In this document: positions 43,479 to 53,067 of the stretch, in pieces | Position numbering within the stretch: position 1 is the first letter of the stretch | Layout: each line of letters begins with the position of its first letter | Source: an uncultured Nitrospiraceae bacterium | GTDB lineage: Bacteria > Nitrospirota > Nitrospiria > Nitrospirales > Nitrospiraceae | Length of the DNA: 64,000 bases | Direction of reading: 5' to 3' | Assembly (NCBI GenBank): GCA_963730935.1 | Contig: CAVSTP010000004.1 | Location: 576,001-640,000 of the forward strand | Position numbers and translations under genes: made by a program | Notes under the pieces: model-generated | What the model saw: the letters and a program-made list of their open reading frames with translations, nothing else | What the model was told of the DNA's origin: nothing | The model's database searches: none

Positions 43479-44102
43479 ATGTCGCTCGAATTCTTCGGTC
43501 GTCTCCAAAAGGAACTTTCGCTAACCGGCAGCGCGGTCTACGAATCCGTCGTGGCCGTGGCCGAGCGCGTCAATCGCAAGGTCCATGTCCTGCGGCTTCA
43601 CGGGCAAGCAGCCAGTTTGTTGACACAAATCGAAACGGTCCAAGGCGAACTGGGTCAGCAGCTCGCGGGGGCCTTGGCACGCCATTCCCCCCCGCGGCCC
43701 AGCGCATCACCCTCCGATGTCGAGCGCACCGTGAACGACGCCACGGACCGCGTGCATCTCCTCAAACAGACCCTCCTCCAAGTCGATGCCCAGATCCGGG
43801 CGTTGAAGCTCGAAGCGATTCAAGGAGATCTTCTCACGCTGCAGCGCGACCTCAGCTTGCGCGCCGCCGCCATTGAACGCCAATCGGTTTCACACGGCTC
43901 CAAGGCGGTGGGCAAACAGGTCTCGGACCTGGCCTGGCCGGCAACTGTCCGTCTCGTCACGGTGTTTCGCGGTCCATTTCTCATCCCGCCGACGGAGGAC
44001 TTCGTCTTCAGAGCCGACGATATCGTCATCGCCATCGGCCTTCGAGCCGACCTGGATCAGATCGCCTCGTGGTTCGCCGCCGCTCGGACGGGCAAGAGTT
44101 GA
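43479..44102 (+). CDS. Coiled-coil protein with C-terminal TrkA-C (RCK_C) domain
   Basis: GSKAVGKQVSDL.WP...LVTVFRG....P..DFVFRADD.V..IG. Confidence 0.75.
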   Translation: MSLEFFGRLQKELSLTGSAVYESVVAVAERVNRKVHVLRLHGQAASLLTQIETVQGELGQQLAGALARHSPPRPSASPSDVERTVNDATDRVHLLKQTLLQVDAQIRALKLEAIQGDLLTLQRDLSLRAAAIERQSVSHGSKAVGKQVSDLAWPATVRLVTVFRGPFLIPPTEDFVFRADDIVIAIGLRADLDQIASWFAAARTGKS

Positions 44103-44152
44103 CACTCTCCGCCTTATAGGTTTTCGGGCCCACCTGAGGTACACTAGCATTC

Positions 44153-45553
44153 ATGCGGTCCCGACTCTGCATGGTCGTATGGCTCGCTGTCGGAATGACT
44201 GCCGCCGTCCCTTTCGTGCCAGCGGCCAGGGGTGCCGAGCCTGCCGGGCTCCCGCCCAACGCGTCCAACGGCTTACGGCTCCTGGAGGAGATGCAGACCG
44301 TCTTTACCGAGTTGGCCGAGGCGGCCAAACCTTCCGTCGTCAGTCTCTTTCCCATCAATCTCACCGGAAAAGGCCGCGAGTTTACGCCGGAACGAGTGCC
44401 CAACGCGCCAGGCTCCGGAGCCGGCGTCATCATCACACCCGACGGGCACATCATTACCAATAACCACGTGGTCGGCGACGCGACGGAAATCGAGGTTCGG
44501 TTGTCCGACAAGTCGAAGCTGATTGCCCAAGTCGTCGGCAAGGACCCGGACACGGATCTCGCCGTCTTGAAAGTCACCTCCGATCACCCGCTGCCGAACG
44601 CGACCTTCGGCGACTCGACCACCGTGCGCGTGGGCCAATGGGTGCTCGCCGTGGGCAATCCCTTCGGCTTGGAGCGGACCGTCACGCTCGGTGTGGTCAG
44701 CGGCATCGGGCGCGAAAATGTCAATCTCTCCCGCTATGAAAATTTCATTCAAACCGACGCGTCGATCAATCCCGGAAATTCCGGAGGGCCGCTCTTCAAC
44801 CTGCGAGGAGAAGTCATCGGCATCAACACAGCCATCATCAATTTCGCACAAGGCATCGGGTTCGCGATTCCATCCAACATGGCGAAGCAAGTCCTGCAGC
44901 AATTGGTGGAGCAAGGCCGGGTCGTCCGGGGCTGGCTCGGTGTCGGCATTCAACCGCTGACCCCGGAGCTGGCGAAAAAGTTCGGCGTGACCGAACAGGA
45001 AGGCGTGCTGGTCAACGAAGTGTTCGAGAAGGACCCCGCGGCTGCGGCCGGCATCAAGCCCGGCGACGTCATCACGCGCATCGAAGGGTCGGTAATCGAC
45101 AGCCCGAATCGACTGTCGCGGATTGTGGCCGGATTGTTACCGGGCGCCAAAGCGAAGGTCGAACTTGTGCGCAATCAACAACGCATGGTCATAGAAGTGG
45201 CCCTGACAGAACGCCGCGATCATGCCACCGTGGCCTCGCTACCGCTGGCTCAATCACGCTCCGAATCCAAACTCGGACTCGATGTCCAGGACCTGACGGC
45301 CGTTCTGGCCGAGAAATTCAAACTGCACGAAAGCCGCGGCGTGCTGATCACGAAGGTGGAGGCGGGCAGCCTCGCCCAGTCCGAAGGGCTGCGTGAAGGC
45401 GACCTCATCAAGGAAGTCAATCGCGCCGACGTGGGATCGGTGGGCGATTTCACTACCGCAGTCTCCAAGGTCCGCCGTGGCGATACCGTGCTCTTACGGG
45501 TCCTGCGCGAAAGTCGGGCGTTCTACGTGGTGCTGAAACCCGGCGAGCCCTGA
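44153..45553 (+). CDS. HtrA/DegQ (Do family) serine protease with two PDZ domains
   Basis: Signal peptide, TNNHVV, DLAVLK, QTDASINPGNSGG, RGWLGV, two PDZ domains. Confidence 0.93.
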   Translation: MRSRLCMVVWLAVGMTAAVPFVPAARGAEPAGLPPNASNGLRLLEEMQTVFTELAEAAKPSVVSLFPINLTGKGREFTPERVPNAPGSGAGVIITPDGHIITNNHVVGDATEIEVRLSDKSKLIAQVVGKDPDTDLAVLKVTSDHPLPNATFGDSTTVRVGQWVLAVGNPFGLERTVTLGVVSGIGRENVNLSRYENFIQTDASINPGNSGGPLFNLRGEVIGINTAIINFAQGIGFAIPSNMAKQVLQQLVEQGRVVRGWLGVGIQPLTPELAKKFGVTEQEGVLVNEVFEKDPAAAAGIKPGDVITRIEGSVIDSPNRLSRIVAGLLPGAKAKVELVRNQQRMVIEVALTERRDHATVASLPLAQSRSESKLGLDVQDLTAVLAEKFKLHESRGVLITKVEAGSLAQSEGLREGDLIKEVNRADVGSVGDFTTAVSKVRRGDTVLLRVLRESRAFYVVLKPGEP

Positions 45554-45582
45554 TTCCCAACGAACCGCGAACGTCAGAGACG

Positions 45583-45626
45583 GCACCGGGCGCGTCTCCC
45601 CGACACAGATGAGAGACGCGCCGTGC
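45583..45626. terminator. Hairpin between convergent degQ and EF-G-like genes
   Basis: GGCGCGTCTC...GAGACGCGCC stem; no clear T-run. Confidence 0.45.
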
Positions 45627-45632
45627 AATTGG

Positions 45633-47735
45633 CTAATGGGCGGCTACGGGCTGCTTGCTGGCCTTGGCCTCTTCCACGATCTTCGTCGCGACCTCACGCG
45701 GCACTTCCTCATAGCGCGCCAATTCCATCACGTAACTCCCTCCTCCTCCCGTGAGAGAATTAAGGGTGGTCGTGTAGGTCATGATCTCGCTCAGGGGGAC
45801 CAGCGCCTTGACGATCTCGGCGTGCCCCCGCGCTTCGACATGCAGGATGCGTCCTCGCCGGGCGTTGAGATCGCCGATCACGGCGCCAATATGCGCCGCC
45901 GGCGCCTCGACCTCGACGGTCATCATCGGCTCCAGTAAGATGGGATGCGCCGTTTCCATCGCTTTCTTAAATGCCATCGATGCGGCAATCTTAAACGACA
46001 TTTCCGAGGAATCGACGACGTGGTAGGACCCGTCGTACACGGCGACGCGGACGTCGACGACCGGAAAACCAGCCAACGTGCCATGGAGCATCGCCTCGAC
46101 GACGCCCTTCTCAACCGCCGGGATGAAATTGCGGGGAATCACGCCGCCCACCACCCGGTTCGTAAATGCGAAGCCCTCCCCGCGCGAAGACGGCGTCAAT
46201 TCCAGCCAGCAATCCCCGTACTGCCCATGGCCACCCGTCTGTTTCTTGTACTTGCCTTGGGCCTGCGCCGTGGCGCGAATCGTTTCCCGGTACGGAATCT
46301 TCGGCGTATGGATGACGACCTCCGCCCCGTACTTGCGCTGCAATTTCTCCAGCGCCAGATCCAAATGCAGTTGGCCCGTCCCGCTCAGCACCATTTCCTT
46401 CGTATCGGCATTCCGCGTGAAGCCCAAGGTGGGATCTTCTTCGATCAACTTGTGCAGTCCCAGGCTGACCTTATCGATGTCGGCACTCGACTTGGGTTCG
46501 ATCGCAAAGGACAGCACCGGCTTGGGCAAAGCCGGCCAGGAATAGACGATGGGATGCTGCTCGTCACAGAGCGTGTCCCCGGTCTGCGCATCCTTGAGCT
46601 TCCCGATTGCCACGATATCTCCGGCGCCCGCCGCGGCGACGGCCGTGTGCTTCTTGCCCAGCAACTGATACACATGACCGCTTTTCTCTTTGATTTTTCT
46701 CGTCCCGTTGTACAACAGCGAATCGGCCTGCAAGGTGCCGGACGCCACACGGACATACGACAGCCGACCGACGAATGGGTCGATAATGGTCTTGAAGATG
46801 ACGCCGGAAAAAGGCGCCTCGGCTGTCGCAGGGCGCGTGACCTCGTGGCCGCCGTCCGCATCCTGTCCCGTGAGCGGCCTGCGTTGCGCCCGGTCGGCTG
46901 GCGACGGCAGCAGGTCGACGATCGCATTGAGGAGCGGGACCGTGCCGATATTCTTGAGTGCCGATCCCGTATACAGCGGCACGATGCTCCCCGCCTGCAT
47001 CCCCGCCCGAAGTCCCCTCAATAGGTCTGCCTGCGAGAGTTCGGCGCCAGAGAGGTACTGTTCCAACAATTGATCGTCGCACTCGGCGGCCGCCTCCTGA
47101 ATCCGCTTGCGCGCGTCGGCCAGCATCGCCTCGGCGCCAGGCGGCGCCGGTTGCTGCTGCCACTTCGCGCTGTCGGCCCGGGAGTGCATCGCCGCCTGAG
47201 TCACAAAATCGAGGACGCCCACCCACTGCGCCCCGTCTTTGAGCACGCACGACATCGGCAACGGCGTGAGGTCCAAATCCCGATGGCAGGCCGCCAGCAA
47301 CTCTTCCATCGAGCCGGATTCTTTCTCCAGTTCGTTGACGAAGATGAGGCACGGCAGGCCGAGCGCCTTCACCTGTGACCACAGCCGGACGAGTTCGCTT
47401 CGGATGCCGCTCGCCGGACTGAGAACGACGATCACGCCATCCGCCGCCTGCAAGGCGGTGATCGCTTCGCCGAGCAAACTGAGCGCTCCGGGAGTATCGA
47501 GCAAATTGATGGTGGTGTGATTCCAGGAGCAGCGGAGAAGACTGGTGCTGACGGAACTGCGGTGGTGAATTTCTTCCGGCTCAAAATCCGAGACGGTCGT
47601 GCCTTGCATCACCGAACCGAGAGTCGGTATGCCACCGGTGGTTAAGAGGATCGCTTCGGCCAATGACGTTTTGCCCGCCCCTCGATTGGCGATGACAGCC
47701 ACATTTCTGAGAGACCTCGCACCCGGCTCGTTCAT
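45633..47735 (-). CDS. Elongation factor G paralog (EF-G2-like) with degenerate G domain
   Basis: Full five-domain length; LRNVAVIANRGAGKTS, DTPGA, NELE, YRETI, KQTGGHGQYG, DGSYHVVDSS, LLEPMM. Confidence 0.88.
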   Translation of the reverse strand: MNEPGARSLRNVAVIANRGAGKTSLAEAILLTTGGIPTLGSVMQGTTVSDFEPEEIHHRSSVSTSLLRCSWNHTTINLLDTPGALSLLGEAITALQAADGVIVVLSPASGIRSELVRLWSQVKALGLPCLIFVNELEKESGSMEELLAACHRDLDLTPLPMSCVLKDGAQWVGVLDFVTQAAMHSRADSAKWQQQPAPPGAEAMLADARKRIQEAAAECDDQLLEQYLSGAELSQADLLRGLRAGMQAGSIVPLYTGSALKNIGTVPLLNAIVDLLPSPADRAQRRPLTGQDADGGHEVTRPATAEAPFSGVIFKTIIDPFVGRLSYVRVASGTLQADSLLYNGTRKIKEKSGHVYQLLGKKHTAVAAAGAGDIVAIGKLKDAQTGDTLCDEQHPIVYSWPALPKPVLSFAIEPKSSADIDKVSLGLHKLIEEDPTLGFTRNADTKEMVLSGTGQLHLDLALEKLQRKYGAEVVIHTPKIPYRETIRATAQAQGKYKKQTGGHGQYGDCWLELTPSSRGEGFAFTNRVVGGVIPRNFIPAVEKGVVEAMLHGTLAGFPVVDVRVAVYDGSYHVVDSSEMSFKIAASMAFKKAMETAHPILLEPMMTVEVEAPAAHIGAVIGDLNARRGRILHVEARGHAEIVKALVPLSEIMTYTTTLNSLTGGGGSYVMELARYEEVPREVATKIVEEAKASKQPVAAH

Positions 47736-47814
47736 AGGACCCTCCTTGGTCATTGCGAAAGGCGTCTGTGCCTTCGCAAATCCTGATAATTACATGGTGG
47801 CTTGCTCCCCCGTG

Positions 47815-48522
47815 TCATGCATGATGCGTTAACCAGCCCTCGTCGGCAAAACTGACATAGCGCCCGTCGCCTACAACAAGATGATCCAGCACTCGAATGC
47901 CCAGCACGTCCCCCGCCGAAACCAACCGTGCGGTCAGAACGTGATCTTCTTGGCTTGGTGTCGGATCACCGCTCGGATGATTGTGCAGAAAGATGACCGC
48001 GGCGGCGGATTCCTTCACCGCCATCGTGAACACCTCCCGGGGATGCACGATGCTGAGCGTCAAGCTGCCTTCGGACACGGTGGCATCGCGCAGGATCGCA
48101 TGCTTGGCGTCCAGCAGGACCACTTTGAAAATCTCATGACGGAGGTTCCGCAATGCGGGATGATAGTGCTCGAACAGCACGCGGCTCGAGGAGATTCTTG
48201 TCCCCGTCGACAGCGGAGACGCCAGCGACCGTTTACCCAGTTCCAGCGCGGCCTTGACCTGCGCGGCCTTCGCCTCCCCGACTCCCTCGACGGCACACAG
48301 CTCCTCGATCCCGCAATGGGCCAAGCCGGCGACGCCGCCGAGCCGATCAAGCACTTCCATGCTCACTTGCACGGCCGAGGATCGCTGCCGACCGACGCGC
48401 AGGAGAATGGCGAGGAGTTGCGCATCCGTCAAGGCATCGGCGCCCTGCGCCAGGAGCCGCTCGCGCGGACGTTCGCTTGCCGGCCAGTGGGCAATGCCGT
48501 GCCGCACCGTCTTTCTGCTCAC
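47815..48522 (-). CDS. radC: RadC/JAB domain protein (UPF0758)
   Basis: ERPRERL, LLAILLR.G, HhH GVGEAKA, VHPREVF, HNHPSGDP.PS.ED, LDHLVVG. Confidence 0.93.
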   Translation of the reverse strand: MSRKTVRHGIAHWPASERPRERLLAQGADALTDAQLLAILLRVGRQRSSAVQVSMEVLDRLGGVAGLAHCGIEELCAVEGVGEAKAAQVKAALELGKRSLASPLSTGTRISSSRVLFEHYHPALRNLRHEIFKVVLLDAKHAILRDATVSEGSLTLSIVHPREVFTMAVKESAAAVIFLHNHPSGDPTPSQEDHVLTARLVSAGDVLGIRVLDHLVVGDGRYVSFADEGWLTHHA

Positions 48523-48645
48523 GTCGAACTCCTCGAACAAAAATATGACACGTTGAACGTTTTTGTACTACGGAAACGCCCTCCCCAGCCCCCCTGGTAA
48601 CAAATACGTACCGCCTAACATGTTGAAATTACGTATCGACAAAAA

Positions 48646-48662
48646 TTGGTTCGGCTTTTGCT
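48646..48662 (+). promoter_or_regulatory. Putative sigma54 promoter with IHF-like site (48616-48628)
   Basis: TTGGTTCGGCTTTTGCT: GG-N10-GC; TAACATGTTGAAA upstream. Confidence 0.6.
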
Positions 48663-48703
48663 TCGCTTGCCCACAGCTGCGCACCGCAACCAGGGAGGAC
48701 TCG

Positions 48704-48898
48704 ATGGAATGTCCGAAATGCAAAGGGCTCATGATGCTCGAGCGGTTCTCCGACTTCTTTCTGATCTTCTACGCATGGAAGTGCATCAACTGCGGCGCCA
48801 TCATCGATCGCACGATTTCCAACAACCGGCGCAAAAGTCTCGCCGCCCGCGATGCACAGCCGGTGCAACCCGCGCAACCTTCTGCCGCCACGCGCTAA
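48704..48898 (+). CDS. Small Zn-ribbon protein (64 aa)
   Basis: GGGAGG RBS; MECPKCKGLM...WKCINCGAIID. Confidence 0.8.
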   Translation: MECPKCKGLMMLERFSDFFLIFYAWKCINCGAIIDRTISNNRRKSLAARDAQPVQPAQPSAATR

Positions 48899-49001
48899 CT
48901 CTCCGCTCGCGTGCAGGCGCGAGCGCGGGGTTGTGCGCACGACAACGCCGCGAGTCTCCTGCCTGACGCCTCTCGTCTTCCTCGTACTCTCACCGTACAG
49001 A

Positions 49002-49030
49002 ATTATAGTCAGCCCCACGCGCAGCGTCAA
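49002..49030 (-). promoter_or_regulatory. Near-consensus sigma70 promoter with no adjacent ORF
   Basis: Minus strand TTGACG-17 bp-TATAAT. Confidence 0.6.
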
Positions 49031-49236
49031 AATGCCAGTAATGCCTCTGCGAGAATTTTTTGGGGTACGGCCCGCAGCCAGGTCTGACGCCGGCTCAACG
49101 GCGCTCGTCACCTTGACCCCTTCAAAAACGCTATGTTAGAGTTTGTCGTTTGTGAAAGCCTCTCGCCTATCAGAATGCTGAATACAAAGCGACGACGGCC
49201 TCTCGAAGGGGCTAGTCCGCAACCAACGAACAGGTT

Positions 49237-49806
49237 ATGCGAGTGATCGCCGGTTCCCACCGAGGTCGGCGCCTGAGTGGGCCACGGGGGACCACGCTGC
49301 GGCCCACGTCGGACAAGGTCCGCGAGGCGCTGTTTTCCATCCTGGGGACGCGCATCCCCGGCAGCCGTTTTCTGGATTTGTACGCGGGCACGGGCGCAGT
49401 AGGCATCGAGGCGTTGAGCCGCGGCGCAACGATCGTGACCTTCGTCGAATCGGATCCGAAGGCGGTGCAGGTCATGCGGAAGAATTTGACGGCGTGCGGC
49501 ATGCTGGAACAGGCGGTGGTGCGAGTCGGACCCACACAGACGTTTTTGCGGCAGCCACAGTCCTGGGACGGTCCATACGATGTGCTGTTTGCCGATCCTC
49601 CGTATGCCGACGGGGAAGCCGTTGAGCTCGTCCTCGGCAGCTGGCACCTTGGTCTCTTGTCATCGGAGGCGCTCATGATCATTGAACAGGACGCACGAGC
49701 CCAGATGCCGGAGGAAACGGATCGCGCCAGACTCATGCGTCGCTACAACTATGGGGATACCGCCCTGTTTCTGTATGGTCAGGCACCGAGCGGGTCGGCC
49801 TCATGA
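49237..49806 (+). CDS. rsmD: 16S rRNA m2G966 methyltransferase
   Basis: MRVIAG, RPTSDKVREALF, LDLYAGTG..GIEALSRGA, DPPY. Confidence 0.93.
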   Translation: MRVIAGSHRGRRLSGPRGTTLRPTSDKVREALFSILGTRIPGSRFLDLYAGTGAVGIEALSRGATIVTFVESDPKAVQVMRKNLTACGMLEQAVVRVGPTQTFLRQPQSWDGPYDVLFADPPYADGEAVELVLGSWHLGLLSSEALMIIEQDARAQMPEETDRARLMRRYNYGDTALFLYGQAPSGSAS

Positions 49807-50291
49807 AAATCGGCATCTACCCAGGCACGTTCGATCCCATCACGCACGGGCACACCGACATCATCACCCGTAGTCTGCGCGTCTTTGATAAAGTGATGGT
49901 TGCCGTCGCACCGAACCCGACTAAACACCCGCTCTTCAATTTGGCCGAGCGGGTAGAGATGGTGCAGCTGGTGCTGAAGGACATCGGCCAAGTCGAGGTG
50001 GTGACGTTCGATGGTCTTCTGGTCGATCATGTGCAGCGATCCGGGGCCCATGCCATTATCCGCGGGCTCCGCGCGATCTCGGACTTTGAGCACGAATTTC
50101 AAATGGCCCTCATCAACCGCAAGCTGGCGAAACAGGTTGAGACCGTGTTCTTGATGTCAAGCGAGGAATATTCATACCTGTCCTCGACGATCATCAAAGA
50201 CGTGGCCAACCATGGAGGCTCGCTGACCGAGTTTCTCCATCCCGAGGTCGCACGCCGGCTTCAAGCCCGAATACGGAGGGTCAAGTCATGA
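49803..50291 (+). CDS. coaD: Phosphopantetheine adenylyltransferase
   Basis: YPGTFDPITHGH, IRGLRAISDFE.E, SSTIIK. Confidence 0.96.
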   Translation: MKIGIYPGTFDPITHGHTDIITRSLRVFDKVMVAVAPNPTKHPLFNLAERVEMVQLVLKDIGQVEVVTFDGLLVDHVQRSGAHAIIRGLRAISDFEHEFQMALINRKLAKQVETVFLMSSEEYSYLSSTIIKDVANHGGSLTEFLHPEVARRLQARIRRVKS

Positions 50292-51481
50292 AGCTCGCGG
50301 CCCGCGTCAGTCGCATCGCCCCCTCGCCGACCCTTGCCATGGCAGCGACGGCGAAAGCCATGGCGGCTCAAGGCATCGACGTGATCGATTTTTCCACGGG
50401 AGAACCGGATTTCGATACGCCGGAACCGGTCAAGGCAGCGGCCGAGGCGGCGATCCGCTCGGGGTTCACCAAGTACACGCCGTCATCCGGCATTGATGAA
50501 CTGCGCGGCGCGATCGTCGACAAGCTCAAGGTCGAGCAGGGTCTCCAATACGAGAAATCTCAAATCCTGGTGTCGTGCGGCGCCAAGCACTCGCTGTACA
50601 ACCTCGCGGAAGCGTTGTTGGAGGAAGGGGATGAAATCATCATTCCGACGCCGTACTGGGTCTCGTACTCCGATCAGGCGCTCCTGAACGATGCGACGCC
50701 GGTGTTGCTGGCTACCAAGGAGTCCGAGGGGTACGCCATTGATCCCGCAGAGCTCGAGCGGCGTATCACCCCCAAAACCAAAGCGCTGATCATCAACAGC
50801 CCCTCTAATCCGACCGGCGCAACATATGGACGCCGGATGCTCGAACGCATCGCCGCGATCGCCATTCGACATCATCTTGTCGTGATCTCGGATGAGATCT
50901 ACGAGAAGGTGCTCTACGACGGGGCGAGCCACGTCAGCATCGCTTCGCTGGGACCGGAAATCGCGGGGCGAACCGTCGTCATCAACGGCGTCTCCAAGGC
51001 CTACGCAATGACCGGCTGGCGGATCGGCTATGCGGCGGGACCCAAAGACCTGATCACCGCGATGGGGAACATTCAAAGCCAGAGCACCTCAAACCCCTGC
51101 TCGATTTCCCAGAAGGCGGCCGTTGCCGCTCTGCGATTCGGCGAGCCGTTCACGAAGCAAATGGTGACCGAGTTCGATCGCCGGCGTCGTGTGATTGTGG
51201 AGGGGTTGAATGCGATTCCGGGCGTGTCCTGCTCGATGCCGGGCGGGGCTTTCTATGCCTTCCCAAATATCCAGGGCGTCCTTGGGAAGCACGGTCCGAC
51301 CGGTCCGGTCAACTCACCGACGGACCTCGCGACCTATCTCCTCAAGAACGCGCAGATCGCAGTCGTGCCGGGCGAACCGTTTGGCAGCGAGAGTCACATT
51401 CGCCTCTCTTATGCCACGAGCATGGACACGATCACGAACGGATTGAAGCGGCTGCGGGGAGCGCTGGAGGAGCTGAAGTAA
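50288..51481 (+). CDS. aspC: Aspartate aminotransferase (class I/II PLP)
   Basis: GEPDFDTP, NSPSNPTG, SDEIY, SKAYAMTGWRIG. Confidence 0.88.
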   Translation: MKLAARVSRIAPSPTLAMAATAKAMAAQGIDVIDFSTGEPDFDTPEPVKAAAEAAIRSGFTKYTPSSGIDELRGAIVDKLKVEQGLQYEKSQILVSCGAKHSLYNLAEALLEEGDEIIIPTPYWVSYSDQALLNDATPVLLATKESEGYAIDPAELERRITPKTKALIINSPSNPTGATYGRRMLERIAAIAIRHHLVVISDEIYEKVLYDGASHVSIASLGPEIAGRTVVINGVSKAYAMTGWRIGYAAGPKDLITAMGNIQSQSTSNPCSISQKAAVAALRFGEPFTKQMVTEFDRRRRVIVEGLNAIPGVSCSMPGGAFYAFPNIQGVLGKHGPTGPVNSPTDLATYLLKNAQIAVVPGEPFGSESHIRLSYATSMDTITNGLKRLRGALEELK

Positions 51482-51526
51482 CAACAGAGAAGGACCGGTT
51501 ACCGTCACACCCTAGGAGGACCACCT

Positions 51527-51892
51527 GTGCCGATTTATGAGTATCGGTGCGACAGTTGTTCGTATCAATTCGAAGTGAAACAGAGCATCAAGGACGACGC
51601 GTTGACCACCTGCGAGCGATGCGGCAAATCTCTTCGCCGCCTCATCTCCTCGTCGGGCCTCATGTTCAAGGGGAGCGGCTGGTATGTGACCGATTATTCG
51701 AACAAGCTGAAGCCGCCATCCGAAGGAGAGAAAACACCAGCCGCGGCCGAAGAAAAGAAAGAGCAAGCCGCCGGATCCTCGGCCGCGTCGCCAGCGAGTC
51801 CATCCACCGCCCCCGCGAGCGGCTCCTCGAGCAGCGCATCGCCGGCGTCCGGCGCATCCACGCCGAACACATCGAACACGTCGAACAAATAA
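51527..51892 (+). CDS. FmdB family Zn-ribbon protein with Ser/Ala/Pro-rich tail
   Basis: MPIYEYRCDSC...CERCG..LRRLISS...FKGSGWYVTDY. Confidence 0.88.
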   Translation: MPIYEYRCDSCSYQFEVKQSIKDDALTTCERCGKSLRRLISSSGLMFKGSGWYVTDYSNKLKPPSEGEKTPAAAEEKKEQAAGSSAASPASPSTAPASGSSSSASPASGASTPNTSNTSNK

Positions 51893-51905
51893 TCAGTCGA
51901 GTCCG

Positions 51906-52349
51906 CTAGTGCACGGTCGTCGACTTCGTCAACGTCTTCTTTTTCAGAGGCGCTTTGCTCGCGGTCTTGACCGAAGGCTTGGTCGCGGGCCTGACGGTCG
52001 CAGACTTGGTGGTTGCGGCCTTGACGGTCGCCGGCTTGGAGGACTTGACCAGGCGCTCCTGCAGCGACGTGACGCTGCTCTGCAGACTCGCGATCATCGC
52101 GCTTTTATCCCGATTGGTCCGAACGAGATCGTCGACCTGCGTTTGCAGATCGTCCTTTGCCTTCGTCACCGACGTCATCTGCGTTTGCAGTTGGGCCTTC
52201 TCCATCGTCACGGTCTGCAGTTCGGACCGGAGCTGCTCGACCTGCGTCTGCAGCGCCGGCGGCCAGTAATCGCACCCGGACAACATCGCCGCCATGACGA
52301 TGACCAGCCCTACCGCTCGTCCCCCTTGTCGCTCCCGACGGATTAGCAT
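51906..52349 (-). CDS. Coiled-coil lipoprotein with Lys/Thr-rich tail
   Basis: GGAGG RBS, lipobox LSGC, heptad region, KPATVKAATTK tail. Confidence 0.75.
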   Translation of the reverse strand: MLIRRERQGGRAVGLVIVMAAMLSGCDYWPPALQTQVEQLRSELQTVTMEKAQLQTQMTSVTKAKDDLQTQVDDLVRTNRDKSAMIASLQSSVTSLQERLVKSSKPATVKAATTKSATVRPATKPSVKTASKAPLKKKTLTKSTTVH

Positions 52350-52396
52350 CGATCCCTCCTTTATATGGGCACTGCTGGCCCTGCTGTATACCACAT

Positions 52397-53047
52397 TTAG
52401 GCGTTCTTGAGGGAAAATCCTCTGGCGTGAAGCGCCGCCTCGATGGCGCTCCGAGGGATAGCTCCCTCGCGGACGATGCGAAGCGTCTCGTCCGCCTCGA
52501 CGACCGTGGAAGGTAGTCCGCCCGGAGTGGGCCCCGCGTCAATAATCAGGTCCACCTTGGCGCCAAACGCCTGTTCCACTTCGCGCGCCGTGTGAGCCGG
52601 CGGAGTTCCCGTCCGGTTGGCGCTCGTTCCCGTCAGCGGGCCGACCTGCTGAAGCACCTCGCGCAACGGCCGACAGGAGCTGAGTCTGATACCCACCCGG
52701 CCGGTGCCGGCGGTGAGCGCGGGAGGGACCGAGGCTCGGGCAGGAAACAGAATGGTCAAGGCGCCCGGCCAAAACGTCTCCATTAAGACCGAGGCAGCGG
52801 AAGGCACATGCTCCGCGAAGGACGCGAGATTTTTTGGCGAGCCGACCAACACGAGAATCGGCTTTCCCTCTACCCGTCCCTTGGCGGCAGACAATCGATC
52901 CAGGGCGGTCCGGTCAAACGGGTTCACGCCCAGTCCGTAGAACGTCTCGGTCGGGATGGCGACGAGCCCTCCCCGTAGAAGCACGGCTCTGACCTGTTGT
53001 CCGAGAGAATCGAGGGCTGTTGCGGAGTACGGAATGATCGAAGCCAT
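52397..53047 (-). CDS. tsaC: L-threonylcarbamoyladenylate synthase (YrdC/TsaC)
   Basis: PTETFYGL, KGR...KP, FWPGALT, TSAN, PSTVV. Confidence 0.92.
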   Translation of the reverse strand: MASIIPYSATALDSLGQQVRAVLLRGGLVAIPTETFYGLGVNPFDRTALDRLSAAKGRVEGKPILVLVGSPKNLASFAEHVPSAASVLMETFWPGALTILFPARASVPPALTAGTGRVGIRLSSCRPLREVLQQVGPLTGTSANRTGTPPAHTAREVEQAFGAKVDLIIDAGPTPGGLPSTVVEADETLRIVREGAIPRSAIEAALHARGFSLKNA

Positions 53048-53067
53048 AAGGAACCGGCGGGAGCCGG

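Noticed and set aside
43300..43480. IMEX or prophage integrated at dif
   Set aside because: Only one dif-like copy was seen, and both flanks are ordinary chromosomal genes.
47815..48522. radC as a marker of a mobile or anti-restriction island
   Set aside because: It is the full-length HhH plus JAB chromosomal type in a housekeeping context with no mobility genes.
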